Position numbers and translations under genes: made by a program. Below are positions 43,131 through 53,899 of a stretch of 64,000 bases of DNA, piece by piece. The first letter of the stretch is position 1. The number at the start of each line of letters is the position of its first letter. The stretch comes from Microcoleus sp. GTDB lineage: Bacteria; Cyanobacteriota; Cyanobacteriia; Cyanobacteriales; Microcoleaceae. The notes below the pieces were generated by a model. That model was given only the letters and a program-made list of their open reading frames with translations. It made no database searches and was not told the DNA's origin. The stretch spans positions 649,039-713,038 of the forward strand of contig JAYFMW010000020.1 in assembly GCA_042408215.1 (NCBI GenBank). The letters run 5' to 3'.

Positions 43131-46100
43131 CTAAAGCCAGGGGCTTGCGTCTCGTTTTTCGGTCAGCAAATTTTGATTTTTTTCTTGTTGTCGGATCAGG
43201 GCTGTTGCTGTTTGAGAGTCTACTGGTTTTGAGAAAAAGTATCCTTGGGCGTACTCGCATTTTAACCCTTTGAGTAGGTTGAGTTGCGATGCGTCTTCGA
43301 CTCCCTCGGCTATGACGTCCATGCCTAAATTGTGCGATAAAGTAACGATCGATCTGACAATTTCTGTCGGGTCAATGCCTCCTTGGCGGAGATCGCATTC
43401 AACTCCCATTCTGCTAACAAAAGAGCGGTCTATTTTTAAGGTATTGGTGGGGAAGCGGTGCAGGTAGGAGAGTGATGAATAGCCGGTGCCGAAGTCGTCG
43501 ATGCACAAATGTATGTTGCGGGCCCTGAGTTCTACCAGCATTGCTGTTACTGATTCGGAATTTTCCATGAGTACGCTTTCTGTAATTTCTAATTTTAAAC
43601 TGCTGCCGTCGAGGTGATTTTCTTCGAGCACTTGGTCGATGTATTCAATTAAATCGGGTTGTGAAAACTGTTTGACAGAAAGGTTGACGCTGACGCTCAG
43701 CGGGGGGTTGCTGGGAAATAGCTGCTGCCACTCGCGGATTTGGTGGCAAGCTGTGCGTAGCACCCAGAGGCCGAGGGATATGATCAATCCGGTTTCTTCG
43801 GCGATTGTGATGAATTCGCTGGGGGGAACTAAGCCTCGTTCTGGGTGCTGCCAGCGCACTAGGGCTTCAAAACCTGTAATCTGGCTGTTGGCGATCGAGA
43901 CGATCGGTTGGTAGTGAATGATAAATTGTGATGTCCGCAACAAGGGAGGTAAGAAAGATTTGTGGGATTTGGGAGATTTGCCAGATGTTTCTGATGCTGT
44001 GGGTTCTTGTTCTTGATCTTCGTCTCTTACCTGATGTCTAATTGGATCGATCGCCCGCCGCAAGTCGTTTTCTAACTGCAACAGCCGCAAAGCGTGGGCG
44101 TGCATGGAACTGTTGAAAACTTCGTGGCGGGCTCTGCCGAGTTCTTTGGCGCGGTACATTGCGGTGTCGGCATCGCGCAGCAGGTTTGTCGGTCCCAGGT
44201 ATTCGTCAGAACTCAGAGCAATACCAATGCTAGCGGTGATGAATACTTCGTGTCCGTCTAGAAGGATGGGGGAGGTCATTTTCTGGTGGAGGTGGTTGAC
44301 AATATGGGTAACTTCATGGATTCCCTGGATGTCCTCCAGCAGAATCACGAATTCGTCTCCTCCGAGGCGCGCAACTGTATCTCCATTCCTCAGACAGGCT
44401 TCCAGGCGTCGCGCGATCGCGACTAGGAGTTGGTCGCCGATGGTGTGGCCGAGGGAATCGTTAACTACTTTAAATCTATCTAAATCGAGAAATAGCACCG
44501 CAAATAAGTAGTCTTTGCGCCGTTGTGCTAGCCTCAAAGCGTGTTCGAGGCGATCGTTAAATAGCGCTCGGTTGGGCAATCCGGTGAGGGCGTCGTGAAA
44601 TGCGTCGTGCAACAGTTGTTCTTCAGCGAGTTTGCGCTGGGTGATATCGTGGCAGTTGACGACTATGCCATTGACTGCGGGATCTTGCAGCAAGTTGGTG
44701 GCTACAGCTTCTAAAAAACAGGCTTTACCGTTGCGATGGCGGACTCGGTACTCGACTGCTAACTGGCTTTTCCAGGGGTTTTGAATGGCTTTTTTGAGAG
44801 TTTCGGTAATCAAGGGGGCGTCGTCGGGGTGAACCATAGCTAGAGCATTGTGCCCGATCGCCCTTTCCGGCGCGTATCCTAAAATTCGTTTGACTGAGGG
44901 GCTGATGTAGCGAAAGATGCCCTCGGCGTCGAGAATCATGGTGATGTCTGTGGCGTTTTCAATCAGCGATCGAAACCGCTGTTCCCTTTGCCGCAGGGCT
45001 GATTCTGCCAGTTTGCGTCCGCTGATGTCTAGGGCTACTCCGTCTACAATGACGTCGCCATTTTCTTTCCTGGAAAATCTGGCGTTGTCTTGCACCCACT
45101 TGACTTCCCCGGTTCTCAAAACGATCCGATATTGGCGATCGCAGGGTTGGAGGCTGGCTTTTGACTCTACCACGCTCTTGTCAAAGGAGTTTTTGTCGTC
45201 AGGATGAATGATTTCGGTCAGGATTTCTGGGCGCGCCATTACCTCTTCTGGACTGATTCCGGTCAATTCCCGCACTCCCGAACTGATGTAACGCAGTCCG
45301 CTTGTGCCGTCTGGATGCAGCACGACGCAGTAGACTGAGCCGGGAATGTTGGCGGCCATTGTGGCTAGTTGCTGCTGGATGCCACGAACTCTTGCTTCGG
45401 CGCGCTTGCGTTCTGCTAGTTCGGTTTGGGCTTGCTGGTAGAGTTCGGCTTGGTGGATCGCGATCGCGCACTGATCGGCTATGGCTTTGAGGAGAGAGAG
45501 TTCTTCTGCACTCCAAGAGCGGGCCCGATCGCACTGGTAGAGGCAAATTCCTCCTAAAAATGAGTGCTGGTAGAGCAGTGGTGCGATCGCGATCGCGCGA
45601 AACCCTACAAACTCTGCTGATGCTTGCAGATCGGGGATCAGAGTCGATAAGTCGTCGATGGCGAGGGTTTCTCCGCTGGTGAGGGAGGAGCGATAGTGTT
45701 GGGCAAATTCGCAATTTAGCCCGACGAGCCTTTCTTCGTCTGCTGCTTGGCTGATGTAGCGAATGATAATCCCGCCCTCAGCATCTGGCTGCAAAATCGC
45801 GCAGCCGCTAATTTCTAGAGCTTCATGGAGTTGATCTGCGGTGGTTTGCAGCACTTCGTCGAGTACGAGGGTTTCGCGCATGGCTTGGACGATGCGGTTG
45901 ACGATCGCTTCACGAGTGGCTTGTCGCTGAATTTTGGCGATCGCTTCTTGCTGCTGGTGGCGCATTTTATATTCTTGGAGCGATCGTGCTAATACTGTTG
46001 GCAGCCGAAATAGCCTATTTTTTAATACGTAATCTGTCATTCCGGCTTTGATGCACTCTACTGCGGCTTCTTCTCCCAAACTTCCTGTTACTAAAACAAA

Positions 46101-46346
46101 AGGTATATTTTGTCCTAATTCCTGCATTAATTTGAAGGCCTCTAAACCGTTGAAGCCTGGGAGGCTGTAATCTGACAAAACAGCGTCGTATTTGCAATTC
46201 TCCAGCAGTTTTCGGCACTCTGTTGCTGTTTGGGCTGTATCGAAATTGAAATTTACTCCCCCCGCTTCTAAGGCGATCGCCATTAATTCTAGATCTTCGG
46301 TCATGTCTTCGACAATCAACAAGTTTAAGGTGGATTCCGTTCCCAT
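43131..46346 (-). CDS. REC-GAF-PAS-PAS-GGDEF-EAL diguanylate cyclase/phosphodiesterase
   Basis: Receiver LLIVED..SDYSLP; RLGGDEF; GFEALVRW; DDFGTGYSSL; AEGVE. Start could be 46346, 46382 or 46430. Confidence 0.93.
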   Translation of the reverse strand: MGTESTLNLLIVEDMTEDLELMAIALEAGGVNFNFDTAQTATECRKLLENCKYDAVLSDYSLPGFNGLEAFKLMQELGQNIPFVLVTGSLGEEAAVECIKAGMTDYVLKNRLFRLPTVLARSLQEYKMRHQQQEAIAKIQRQATREAIVNRIVQAMRETLVLDEVLQTTADQLHEALEISGCAILQPDAEGGIIIRYISQAADEERLVGLNCEFAQHYRSSLTSGETLAIDDLSTLIPDLQASAEFVGFRAIAIAPLLYQHSFLGGICLYQCDRARSWSAEELSLLKAIADQCAIAIHQAELYQQAQTELAERKRAEARVRGIQQQLATMAANIPGSVYCVVLHPDGTSGLRYISSGVRELTGISPEEVMARPEILTEIIHPDDKNSFDKSVVESKASLQPCDRQYRIVLRTGEVKWVQDNARFSRKENGDVIVDGVALDISGRKLAESALRQREQRFRSLIENATDITMILDAEGIFRYISPSVKRILGYAPERAIGHNALAMVHPDDAPLITETLKKAIQNPWKSQLAVEYRVRHRNGKACFLEAVATNLLQDPAVNGIVVNCHDITQRKLAEEQLLHDAFHDALTGLPNRALFNDRLEHALRLAQRRKDYLFAVLFLDLDRFKVVNDSLGHTIGDQLLVAIARRLEACLRNGDTVARLGGDEFVILLEDIQGIHEVTHIVNHLHQKMTSPILLDGHEVFITASIGIALSSDEYLGPTNLLRDADTAMYRAKELGRARHEVFNSSMHAHALRLLQLENDLRRAIDPIRHQVRDEDQEQEPTASETSGKSPKSHKSFLPPLLRTSQFIIHYQPIVSIANSQITGFEALVRWQHPERGLVPPSEFITIAEETGLIISLGLWVLRTACHQIREWQQLFPSNPPLSVSVNLSVKQFSQPDLIEYIDQVLEENHLDGSSLKLEITESVLMENSESVTAMLVELRARNIHLCIDDFGTGYSSLSYLHRFPTNTLKIDRSFVSRMGVECDLRQGGIDPTEIVRSIVTLSHNLGMDVIAEGVEDASQLNLLKGLKCEYAQGYFFSKPVDSQTATALIRQQEKNQNLLTEKRDASPWL

Positions 46347-46518
46347 TTTTACTAAATAGTTGGTTTGAGTTATATTTAACATATGGTATTTGGCTCTTTT
46401 ACAGAGGTTTTTTTTGTTGATTACTGGCATTTTTATGCGATAAATTCCTAATTATTGCAGGAGTTTTTTTACTAAAATGTAGCAAGATTAGTTCTGACTT
46501 CTTCCTGAAATCCGTTAC

Positions 46519-46662
46519 ATCCGTTAAATCCCGTACAGTGCTTCGTTGCCGAACTTCCTTCTGACTTCTTCCTAACCTGCGTTACACTTGTACGCTCGCG
46601 AATTCCCAGTATCCGTTAATCCCGTACAGTGCTTCGTTGCCGAACTTCCTTCTGACTTCTTC
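46519..46662. repeat. ~50-bp direct repeat, two copies
   Basis: ATCCGTTAA(A)TCCCGTACAGTGCTTCGTTGCCGAACTTCCTTCTGACTTCTT twice. Confidence 0.8.
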
Positions 46663-46668
46663 TATCAC

Positions 46669-49600
46669 TTACCGCTTGGGAGCATTCGCTAGTTTAAAGT
46701 AAAATGTTGCTCCTTGACCAGGTGCGCTTTGGGCCCAAATCCTGCCGCCGTGTCGGTGAATAATCCGCCAGGCGATCGCTAAACCGATGCCCGTACCTTC
46801 AAATTCTCTCTGGGAGTGCAGCCTCCCAAAGGCTCGAAACAGTTGCTCGGCATATTCCATCGGAAAACCAACGCCGTTATCCTTGACAAAAATCGTTCCA
46901 TCTGGTAAGCAATCAATTACTATTCTAGCGGGAGTGCGATCGCGGCTGAACTTGACTGCATTGCTAATCAAATTGGTGAGCACTTGTTGCAGCAAGGTGG
47001 GATCTCCCGTCACTGCGGGTAAATCTCCGATTTCAAATTCAACCTCAAGAGGAGTTTCCACAGAATTTGTGTCAATTTGGGGTCTAGTCAATTTAATCGC
47101 AGTTTGTACCAACTCGGTGAGGTCGATCGGAATTTGGATCAACTCGGTGCGACTCACCCGCGACAGGGCGAGCAAACCGTCAATCAACAGGCTCATTTTT
47201 TGGCTGCTGTCTTCAATTACTTCTATATAGTGATCTATTTTGCGATCCTTCAAAGCCTCAGTTGCTTCGACGCGCTGCTTCAAGGCATGGACAAAGCCTG
47301 AAATGTGTCGCAAAGGTGCCCGCAAGTCGTGGGAAACTGAGTAGGAAAAAGATTCTAATTCTTGATTGGCAGCTTCTAATTGCTCTGTGCGTTTTGACAA
47401 GGCTTGTTTTGTCTCTACCAACTCAGTGATATTGCGAGAAGAGCCAATTAAAGCATAAACCTCGCCGTCGATATTTCTGAGGGGAATCTTAAAAGTATCG
47501 TAGTAGGAAGTGCCACCAGGGAACACAAATTTTTCTTGGAATTGCAGAGTTTCGCCTGTTTCAAATACCTGCCAATTTTCCCGGTAAAATCGTTCTGCGA
47601 GTTCGGTGGGAAAACATTCAAAAATAGTTTTGCCCTGCATCTCTTTTCGGCAGTGGAAGCCGGCAATTTCTGCCACAGATTTGTTGACAAAAGGCTGGCG
47701 CATATGCTCGCGTTCTACAACAAAAATGCGATCGGGCAAAGCATCAAAAAAAGTCTCTAATTCTGCGGTACGCTGGGCGACTTGAGCTTCTAAAGTTTCG
47801 TTGAGTTTTTTGAGTTCGGCTTCAGCCCTTTTGCGCTCCGTGATATCTTGACCAATAGCGATACAGCTTCCGTCTGAAAGGCGAACATTTGCCCAAGAAG
47901 TGTCGATAATTCGCCCGTCTTTAACTTTTGTTTTGAAGTCCGCCCACTTCTGAGTTGCCGCCACGATGAAATCTAAAACGTATTGGCGGTACTCTGGTTG
48001 CGGATAAAATTCCGCCAAGATATCGCGGCCTTTGATTTCTTCACAACTCCAGCCCAGCACTTGTTCCCAGTGGCGGTTTACCCAGCTTATTTCACCGCTG
48101 CTGCCCAATATTCCGAGCATGATCGGCACGTTGTCGAAGATAGTTTGCAGCAGTTCTTTTTGCTGTTTTAATGCTGATTCGGCTTGTTTGCGATCGCTAA
48201 TATCGAGTACGGAACCGATAATTTGTAAAATTTTTCCGTCTGGGGTTTTTTTGAATATTCTAGACCGATCGTGCACCCAGCGCCATTCCCCATTTTTGTG
48301 TTTGATTCTGTAGTCTCTGTCATTGATTTCATGGATGTTTGTGCTGTTTGCTAGCCGCTCCATACCTGTAATTAGCTTTAACATATCCTCGGGATGAACT
48401 AAGTTAGCCACAGCATTTGTACCCAAATCTTGCAATTCTTCGGGAGTGTAGCCGAGGATGGCTGTGACAGCTTCGTTTGCATAAATATTTTTGTTTTCTA
48501 CTAGATCGTAAATGTAGAGAAAGTCAGGGATCGTTTTCAGGATGCTCTCTAAAAGTTGTTGATTTTTTTGCAGTTCCGATTCAGCCTGTTTGCGTCTGCT
48601 TATGTCAAGCACAAAACTGATGCCCCGATCCTGCGAGCCTTGTAACAATGCACCGCCCAGCAGCACCGGAACGCGGCTCCCGTCGGAGCGGATGTATTCT
48701 TTTTCCCAGGGAAAAGCCGTCCTGATAGCCCTCAATTCGGCAATTTTTTCTGTGTCTAAACGCAGGTATTCTGGCGGTGTCATTTCTAGCCAGTTAATTC
48801 TTCCTGAAAGCAGATCGTCCCGCTGGTAATTTACCATGTTTAAAAAGAAGTCATTGGCATCTATAATGTTGCCGTTAATGTCCCAAAAAATTATGCCAAT
48901 AATGTTAGAATCTACCAGGCACCTAAATTTGGCTTCGCTTTGGCGCAACTGAGATTCGACTTGTTTTAGTTCTGTGATGTCGCGGGCGATGACTAAAACT
49001 GTTTCGACTGAATTGTCTTCAGCCCTTCGACTTCGCTCAGGGTAAACGCAGTCGTTGGGATCGGGAACCACAAATTCGGGACTGATTCGAGTTTGGTAGT
49101 ATTTTATACCGTTAGGAGTAGCCCATTCAAATTCTATAGTTTCTTGTTTACCAGTACGGAAAACTTTTGAAAAAGCCTCATCCCATAAGTTGCAAAGCTG
49201 TGCCGGCATTCCTAATTCTTGGTTGGTTTTGCCGATGAATTCGCCTCGGAGTTTTCCGGTAACAACTTCGACTGCTTGGTTGACGTAAAGGTGGCGCAAT
49301 TCTCGATCGAACCGGGCGATGATATCAGTCGCATTTTCGGCTAGGGCGCTGAAAGCTTGTTCGCGTCGGTGCAGTTCTTCTTGAGTGCGGTGGCGATCGG
49401 TGATGTCTCTAGCAAAAGACAGAATAGAAACTATTTTTCCCTCAGCATCTGTTAATGCAGAATTGTACCATTCGCAGTAAATGATCGAGCCATCTTTAGT
49501 ATAGTTGCGATTCAGGCTAATATTGCGGGCTTCGCTGCCGTCTAATAGTTTATTTGTTACTAATTTGAGTGCATCGAAATCTGCTGAATAAACTATTGGC

Positions 49601-49977
49601 CATTCGTACCAGTATTTGCCGATTATTTCTGCGGTTTTCCAGCCAAATATTTGTTCTGCTTGGGGCGACCAACGCAGGACGCGAAATTCGCTATCCCATT
49701 CTATAACTGCCATTGGCGAGTTGGCTAGGTGAAACTCTAGTCGATCGGCGGCTTGTTTCCTTTGGGTTTTTAGCGAGGAGCGAAGTTGCTTGGCTGCTGC
49801 GAAGCGATCGCTTATTTCCTGTAGGTTTGCTGCGCCGGATTTGGTGAATTCAGCTAGGGTTTCTGCTGTTTGTTTTTCTAATTCGTCCCAAGCCTGTTCT
49901 AGGGCTGATTCCGTCGGCTCTAGATCAGTGATGCTATTCTGAAATAGTTCGGCAGTTTCCAGTGGAATTTTCGGCAT
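46669..49977 (-). CDS. Multi-PAS sensor histidine kinase
   Basis: About six PAS/PAC units; SYSVSHDLRAPL; NLISNAVKF; DNGVG; GTGIGL. Confidence 0.93.
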   Translation of the reverse strand: MPKIPLETAELFQNSITDLEPTESALEQAWDELEKQTAETLAEFTKSGAANLQEISDRFAAAKQLRSSLKTQRKQAADRLEFHLANSPMAVIEWDSEFRVLRWSPQAEQIFGWKTAEIIGKYWYEWPIVYSADFDALKLVTNKLLDGSEARNISLNRNYTKDGSIIYCEWYNSALTDAEGKIVSILSFARDITDRHRTQEELHRREQAFSALAENATDIIARFDRELRHLYVNQAVEVVTGKLRGEFIGKTNQELGMPAQLCNLWDEAFSKVFRTGKQETIEFEWATPNGIKYYQTRISPEFVVPDPNDCVYPERSRRAEDNSVETVLVIARDITELKQVESQLRQSEAKFRCLVDSNIIGIIFWDINGNIIDANDFFLNMVNYQRDDLLSGRINWLEMTPPEYLRLDTEKIAELRAIRTAFPWEKEYIRSDGSRVPVLLGGALLQGSQDRGISFVLDISRRKQAESELQKNQQLLESILKTIPDFLYIYDLVENKNIYANEAVTAILGYTPEELQDLGTNAVANLVHPEDMLKLITGMERLANSTNIHEINDRDYRIKHKNGEWRWVHDRSRIFKKTPDGKILQIIGSVLDISDRKQAESALKQQKELLQTIFDNVPIMLGILGSSGEISWVNRHWEQVLGWSCEEIKGRDILAEFYPQPEYRQYVLDFIVAATQKWADFKTKVKDGRIIDTSWANVRLSDGSCIAIGQDITERKRAEAELKKLNETLEAQVAQRTAELETFFDALPDRIFVVEREHMRQPFVNKSVAEIAGFHCRKEMQGKTIFECFPTELAERFYRENWQVFETGETLQFQEKFVFPGGTSYYDTFKIPLRNIDGEVYALIGSSRNITELVETKQALSKRTEQLEAANQELESFSYSVSHDLRAPLRHISGFVHALKQRVEATEALKDRKIDHYIEVIEDSSQKMSLLIDGLLALSRVSRTELIQIPIDLTELVQTAIKLTRPQIDTNSVETPLEVEFEIGDLPAVTGDPTLLQQVLTNLISNAVKFSRDRTPARIVIDCLPDGTIFVKDNGVGFPMEYAEQLFRAFGRLHSQREFEGTGIGLAIAWRIIHRHGGRIWAQSAPGQGATFYFKLANAPKR

Positions 49978-50126
49978 ATTTCTGACTGTTCGGCAATACT
50001 TAATTTCCGCAGTTAAATGTAAAGTTTAAACTTACTTTTAAATTTTACAGCAATCAACGGGAAGCGGAAAGCGATCGATTTGAGATTTGAGATTTGAGAT
50101 TACTCTCGTCCTGAGTCTGTCAAGGA

Positions 50127-51572
50127 TTGACACTCCCCGGTCTGAAGACACGGGGATTCTTAAGGACAAACTTTGGGGGATGAATCCGCCCAAAGTTTGA
50201 TTCTTAAAGGGTTAGTCAGCAACCCCCTACCCACTCGCTCAATAATTGAGTCTATGGCTACTTTTGCTTTCCTGATAATATTAGCTGCACCATTAATATC
50301 TGCATTGATTAACAACCCAGTGCTAGAACGGTACAAACCTCGTTTAATTCTTTTACCAGACGGTTGCCAATTGTCAGGTTTTTCACCGACTGTCACTGGC
50401 AACAAATCTCGGTCTAAAAAACTTGATTTTGAGGTGTAAGATTCGTCTTGCTCTACAAATCGCCAACCCCTTAAGTCACACTCTTGCATGAGTCTATCTT
50501 TAACTTTAGCTGTCGGTATTTGGACAAAGTTCTGGTTGGTCTTACCTCCCATATTGACTTCTTGCTTCTGTCCTTTATTCCAACCAAAGACTAAGACGTT
50601 AATTTGATGATTTTCGCAATAATCAATGATGGTTCTGACTGCTTTGTTAACAGCATCTCTCATCCTTCTGGCGCGATTTTCTGACAACTGTTGCAGTCTT
50701 TTCGACGAAAAACCTTTGGGTAATTTATACCGTGCGTGTTCTGATTGAATCCGGGCTTTTTCCTTGTTAAACCCTTGGTTCCAAGACTTTAATTTGTGAC
50801 CATCAATAATAAATGGTTTACCATTACTAGAAACACAGGTCAACCAGTTATTGATGCCATGATCTATTCCCAAAACCCCTGTTACTTCCAGGCTACAACT
50901 AGGAGCTTGTTCAGTTAGACTTTCGTGGACATATTCGATCCATACCTCACCATTTCTGGGGATTAGTCGAAGCTCTTTAATCTGGCAATTCGACCGCCGT
51001 TCTGGTAAAGTCACCCAGAGAGCATCTGTCCCAAAGTGTTCTTTCCCCTTGGTTCCCAAAGGCAGTCTCACTCGATTACCAACTATTTTCAAGGCTTGTC
51101 CCGGATATGAAACCTGGTACATCGCCCCCTTGGTTCTGTACTTTGGCAATCTCGGTTTTTGATTGAGTTGCCCTTTCTTTGCTAACCTTTCTAATGCTCG
51201 GAAAGATCTCAAAGATTCGGCGACAGACTTGAGGGATTGTTGGGCAACTTGCGAGTAAAGCAATCCGTAATTTTCGTTGGTTTTGGCAATTTTGTACAGG
51301 TCTGGGTATTTAATTGCGCCTTGGTCTTTGAAGTACCGTTGCCGACTTTCGTAAGTTCCGACATTAAACAGATTGTTTGACCATCTCAACAGTTGTTCAA
51401 CAATGGTTTTGTCAAGTCCTTTTAAATGCCATACATCTTTTTGCACTGCGTACATTAATTTCACCTCCTTTGATTAATTGTACTATATTTAGAAGTATCT
51501 AATTGGGAGACTAAAGTCTCCCTCGCCCTTTCATCCCTGGACTAAAGTCGCAGGGTTTTCAGGGTATTTCTT
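50127..51572 (-). mobile_element. IS200/IS605-family tnpB-only element (copy B, intact)
   Basis: Same ends as copy A: TTAT|AAGAAATACCCTGAAAACCCTG... and ...CCGGGGAGTGTCAA. Confidence 0.92.
50160..51464 (-). CDS. tnpB: TnpB RNA-guided nuclease (non-canonical RuvC-II, no zinc finger)
   Basis: 434 aa uninterrupted; GIDHG, VLVFGWN, QDESYTS, NADING; GGAGGTG RBS region. Confidence 0.92.
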   Translation of the reverse strand: MKLMYAVQKDVWHLKGLDKTIVEQLLRWSNNLFNVGTYESRQRYFKDQGAIKYPDLYKIAKTNENYGLLYSQVAQQSLKSVAESLRSFRALERLAKKGQLNQKPRLPKYRTKGAMYQVSYPGQALKIVGNRVRLPLGTKGKEHFGTDALWVTLPERRSNCQIKELRLIPRNGEVWIEYVHESLTEQAPSCSLEVTGVLGIDHGINNWLTCVSSNGKPFIIDGHKLKSWNQGFNKEKARIQSEHARYKLPKGFSSKRLQQLSENRARRMRDAVNKAVRTIIDYCENHQINVLVFGWNKGQKQEVNMGGKTNQNFVQIPTAKVKDRLMQECDLRGWRFVEQDESYTSKSSFLDRDLLPVTVGEKPDNWQPSGKRIKRGLYRSSTGLLINADINGAANIIRKAKVAIDSIIERVGRGLLTNPLRIKLWADSSPKVCP

Positions 51573-51695
51573 ATAAATCCGTTCGCCAGGGATAGGAAGG
51601 ATGCGGAGCTTTATCAAGTCTTCACGGTCTGCTATTGAGTTCGCCTTTGACCAAATTGCTGGTGAAACCATTGATTTGACTGACTTCGGCTATAT

Positions 51696-52022
51696 ACAGT
51701 GTATTCCAGGTTTATGAAGTAGGGACAGGGCAATGCCGATTAGTGTCAACTTAACATCAAACCCAGTCACAGACGGCTGTTGACTATTAAATCTAGCTCC
51801 CCCCTACTCCCCAGGTTGTCGGGGGGGGACAGGAATCTTCTCTTTCGTCAACTGCTACTCCCCGACAACCTGGGGGATGCGAGGGGGCTCTAGACTCAGC
51901 TAAAAGCGAGAGTTCTCAGGGGTTTTAGTCTTAAGTTAACACCAATAGGCACGGAGCGGTGTCTAAGAGGGCGGGGATAGATCGATCGCGTGGTGTCCTT
52001 CATAAACGTGGAATCTGCTGTA
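51696..52022. repeat. Multi-level nested REP/MITE composite
   Basis: Outer GTTTATGAAG...CTTCATAAAC; GTAGGGACA REP; TGTCAACTTAA MITE; C/G-run core. Confidence 0.75.
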
Positions 52023-52101
52023 TTTTTGCACAGAGTGTTGCAGGCCAGGCGATCGCCCGCGCTCCCTAAATATTAGCGCAGCCAGGGCATGAGGAGATCC
52101 A

Positions 52102-52209
52102 CCGGGGCATCGTTGGAGTCAACTTAAGCCGACCGTCCGCCTGGGGTTTAAACCCCAGCCGGAAAGAGCGTTAAGTTGACACCTATGCACGGTGGCATCG
52201 CGCCTACGG
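52102..52209. repeat. Short TCAACTTAA-MITE with a different core hairpin, inside a REP
   Basis: GTCAACTTAA...CTGGGGTTTAAACCCCAG...TTAAGTTGAC followed by ..GCCTAC. Confidence 0.65.
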
Positions 52210-52267
52210 TTTCGTCAATAACAAGCTAAAATAAAGTTTAAAGTTTATTCAGCCATTTAAATCGCCT

Positions 52268-53767
52268 ATGACTGCTGCTGCACCCTCTTCGATAAAAAAC
52301 CCAACTCAGTATGAAGCTGTTATCGGTCTTGAAACTCACTGTCAACTGAGTACGAAAACTAAAATTTTTTCAAGTTCTTCTACAGAATTTGGTGGTACTC
52401 CAAACACTAACATTGACCCAATTTGTATGGGAATGCCCGGAGTGTTGCCGGTCCTAAATCAGAAAGTGCTGGAATATGCCGTTAAAGCAGGGTTGGCTCT
52501 CAACTGCGAAATCGCACCTTACAGCAAGTTCGATCGCAAACAATATTTCTATCCTGATTTGCCGAAAAATTATCAAATTTCTCAGTTCGATTTGCCGATC
52601 GCCACTAACGGTTGGTTGGAAATAGAATTGGTGGACGAAGCAGGCAATTCGACTCGGAAAAAAATCGGGATCACTCGCTTGCACATGGAGGAAGATGCCG
52701 GAAAATTAGTTCACGGAGGAAGCGATAGAATCAGTGGTTCTACCTATTCAATGGTGGATTACAACCGCGCCGGTGTGCCTTTAATCGAAATAGTCTCGGA
52801 ACCGGATTTGCGCACGGGCGCGGAAGCTGCCGAGTACGGCCAAGAATTGCGCCGAATTGTCCGCTATATCGGTGTCGGCGACGGGAATATGCAGGAAGGT
52901 TCCCTCCGATGTGATGTGAATATTTCGGTGCGCCCCGTGGGGCGAAAAGAGTTCGGCACGAAAGTGGAAATTAAAAATATGAACTCTTTTAATGCGATCG
53001 AACGGGCGATCGATTATGAGATCGATCGGCAAATTCAAGCTTTGGAAACTGGCGAAACCATAATCCAAGAAACGCGGCTTTGGGATGAAGGGAAACAGTG
53101 TACTTTTAGTATGCGGATTAAGGAAGGGGCGAGCGATTATCGCTATTTCCCGGAACCGGATTTGCCTCCGATCGAGGTTTCAGTGGCTCAGTTGCAGGAT
53201 TGGAAAGCTCAATTGCCAGAATTGCCGGCCGAAAAACGCAATCGCTACGAAACTCAACTCGCTCTTTCTCCCTATGACGCGCGGGTGTTGACGGATGACA
53301 AAGCGGTAGCTGAGTATTTTGAAGGGGCGATCGCCGCCGGTGCTCCTGCTAAGCAAGCTGCTAATTGGGTGATGGGTGATCTCACTGCTTACCTCAAAAA
53401 TGAAAAGCTGGCGATCGGAGAAATTCCTCTGCAACCGCAGGATTTGGCGGAACTAATTTCGCTGATTGATACAGGCACGATCAGTGGCAAAATGGCTAAG
53501 GATATTTTGCCGGAGTTGCTGTCAACAACTGGCGGTTCTCCTCAAAAATTTGTCGAAAGCAAGGGTTTGATTCAAATCTCGGATGCTGGGGCGATCGAAA
53601 GTGCGATCGATGCTGTTTTAGCGGCCAATCCCAAGGAACTGGAACAGTACCGCGCCGGCAAAACAAAGCTGTTGGGCTTTTTTGTCGGAAAGGTAATGAA
53701 GGAGACGGGCGGTCGGGCCGATCCCAAATTGACCAATGAGATCCTCGCTAACAAGCTTAACGGCTAG
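52268..53767 (+). CDS. gatB: Asp-tRNA(Asn)/Glu-tRNA(Gln) amidotransferase subunit B
   Basis: [44 protein letters not shown]. Confidence 0.98.
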   Translation: MTAAAPSSIKNPTQYEAVIGLETHCQLSTKTKIFSSSSTEFGGTPNTNIDPICMGMPGVLPVLNQKVLEYAVKAGLALNCEIAPYSKFDRKQYFYPDLPKNYQISQFDLPIATNGWLEIELVDEAGNSTRKKIGITRLHMEEDAGKLVHGGSDRISGSTYSMVDYNRAGVPLIEIVSEPDLRTGAEAAEYGQELRRIVRYIGVGDGNMQEGSLRCDVNISVRPVGRKEFGTKVEIKNMNSFNAIERAIDYEIDRQIQALETGETIIQETRLWDEGKQCTFSMRIKEGASDYRYFPEPDLPPIEVSVAQLQDWKAQLPELPAEKRNRYETQLALSPYDARVLTDDKAVAEYFEGAIAAGAPAKQAANWVMGDLTAYLKNEKLAIGEIPLQPQDLAELISLIDTGTISGKMAKDILPELLSTTGGSPQKFVESKGLIQISDAGAIESAIDAVLAANPKELEQYRAGKTKLLGFFVGKVMKETGGRADPKLTNEILANKLNG

Positions 53768-53799
53768 GGCGTGTTTCTTTGCCTTGACCATCAGATTCA

Positions 53800-53899
53800 G
53801 ATCCCCCTAAATCCCCCTTAAGAAGGGGGACTTTGAGTGTTCTTGTCCCACACCCCCTACTCCCCTACTCCCCTTATTAAGGGGGGCTAGGGGGGATCT
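53800..53899. repeat. Stand-alone GATCCCCC...GGGGGATC palindromic core element
   Basis: AGATCCCCCTAAATCCCCCTTAAGAAGGGGGACTTT...AAGGGGGGCTAGGGGGGATCT. Confidence 0.8.

Larger units (their letters stand above)
41520..43161 (-). mobile_element. IS605-family element (tnpA + tnpB), right end deleted
   Basis: Left end CTGAC|CGAAAAACGAGACGCAAGCCCCTGGCTTTAGACACGGGG; tnpA and tnpB in tandem. Confidence 0.85.

Noticed and set aside
46519..46662. Mini-CRISPR or riboswitch between the kinase and GGDEF-EAL genes
   Set aside because: Only two ~50-bp copies, containing local dispersed-repeat motifs; no recognisable aptamer.
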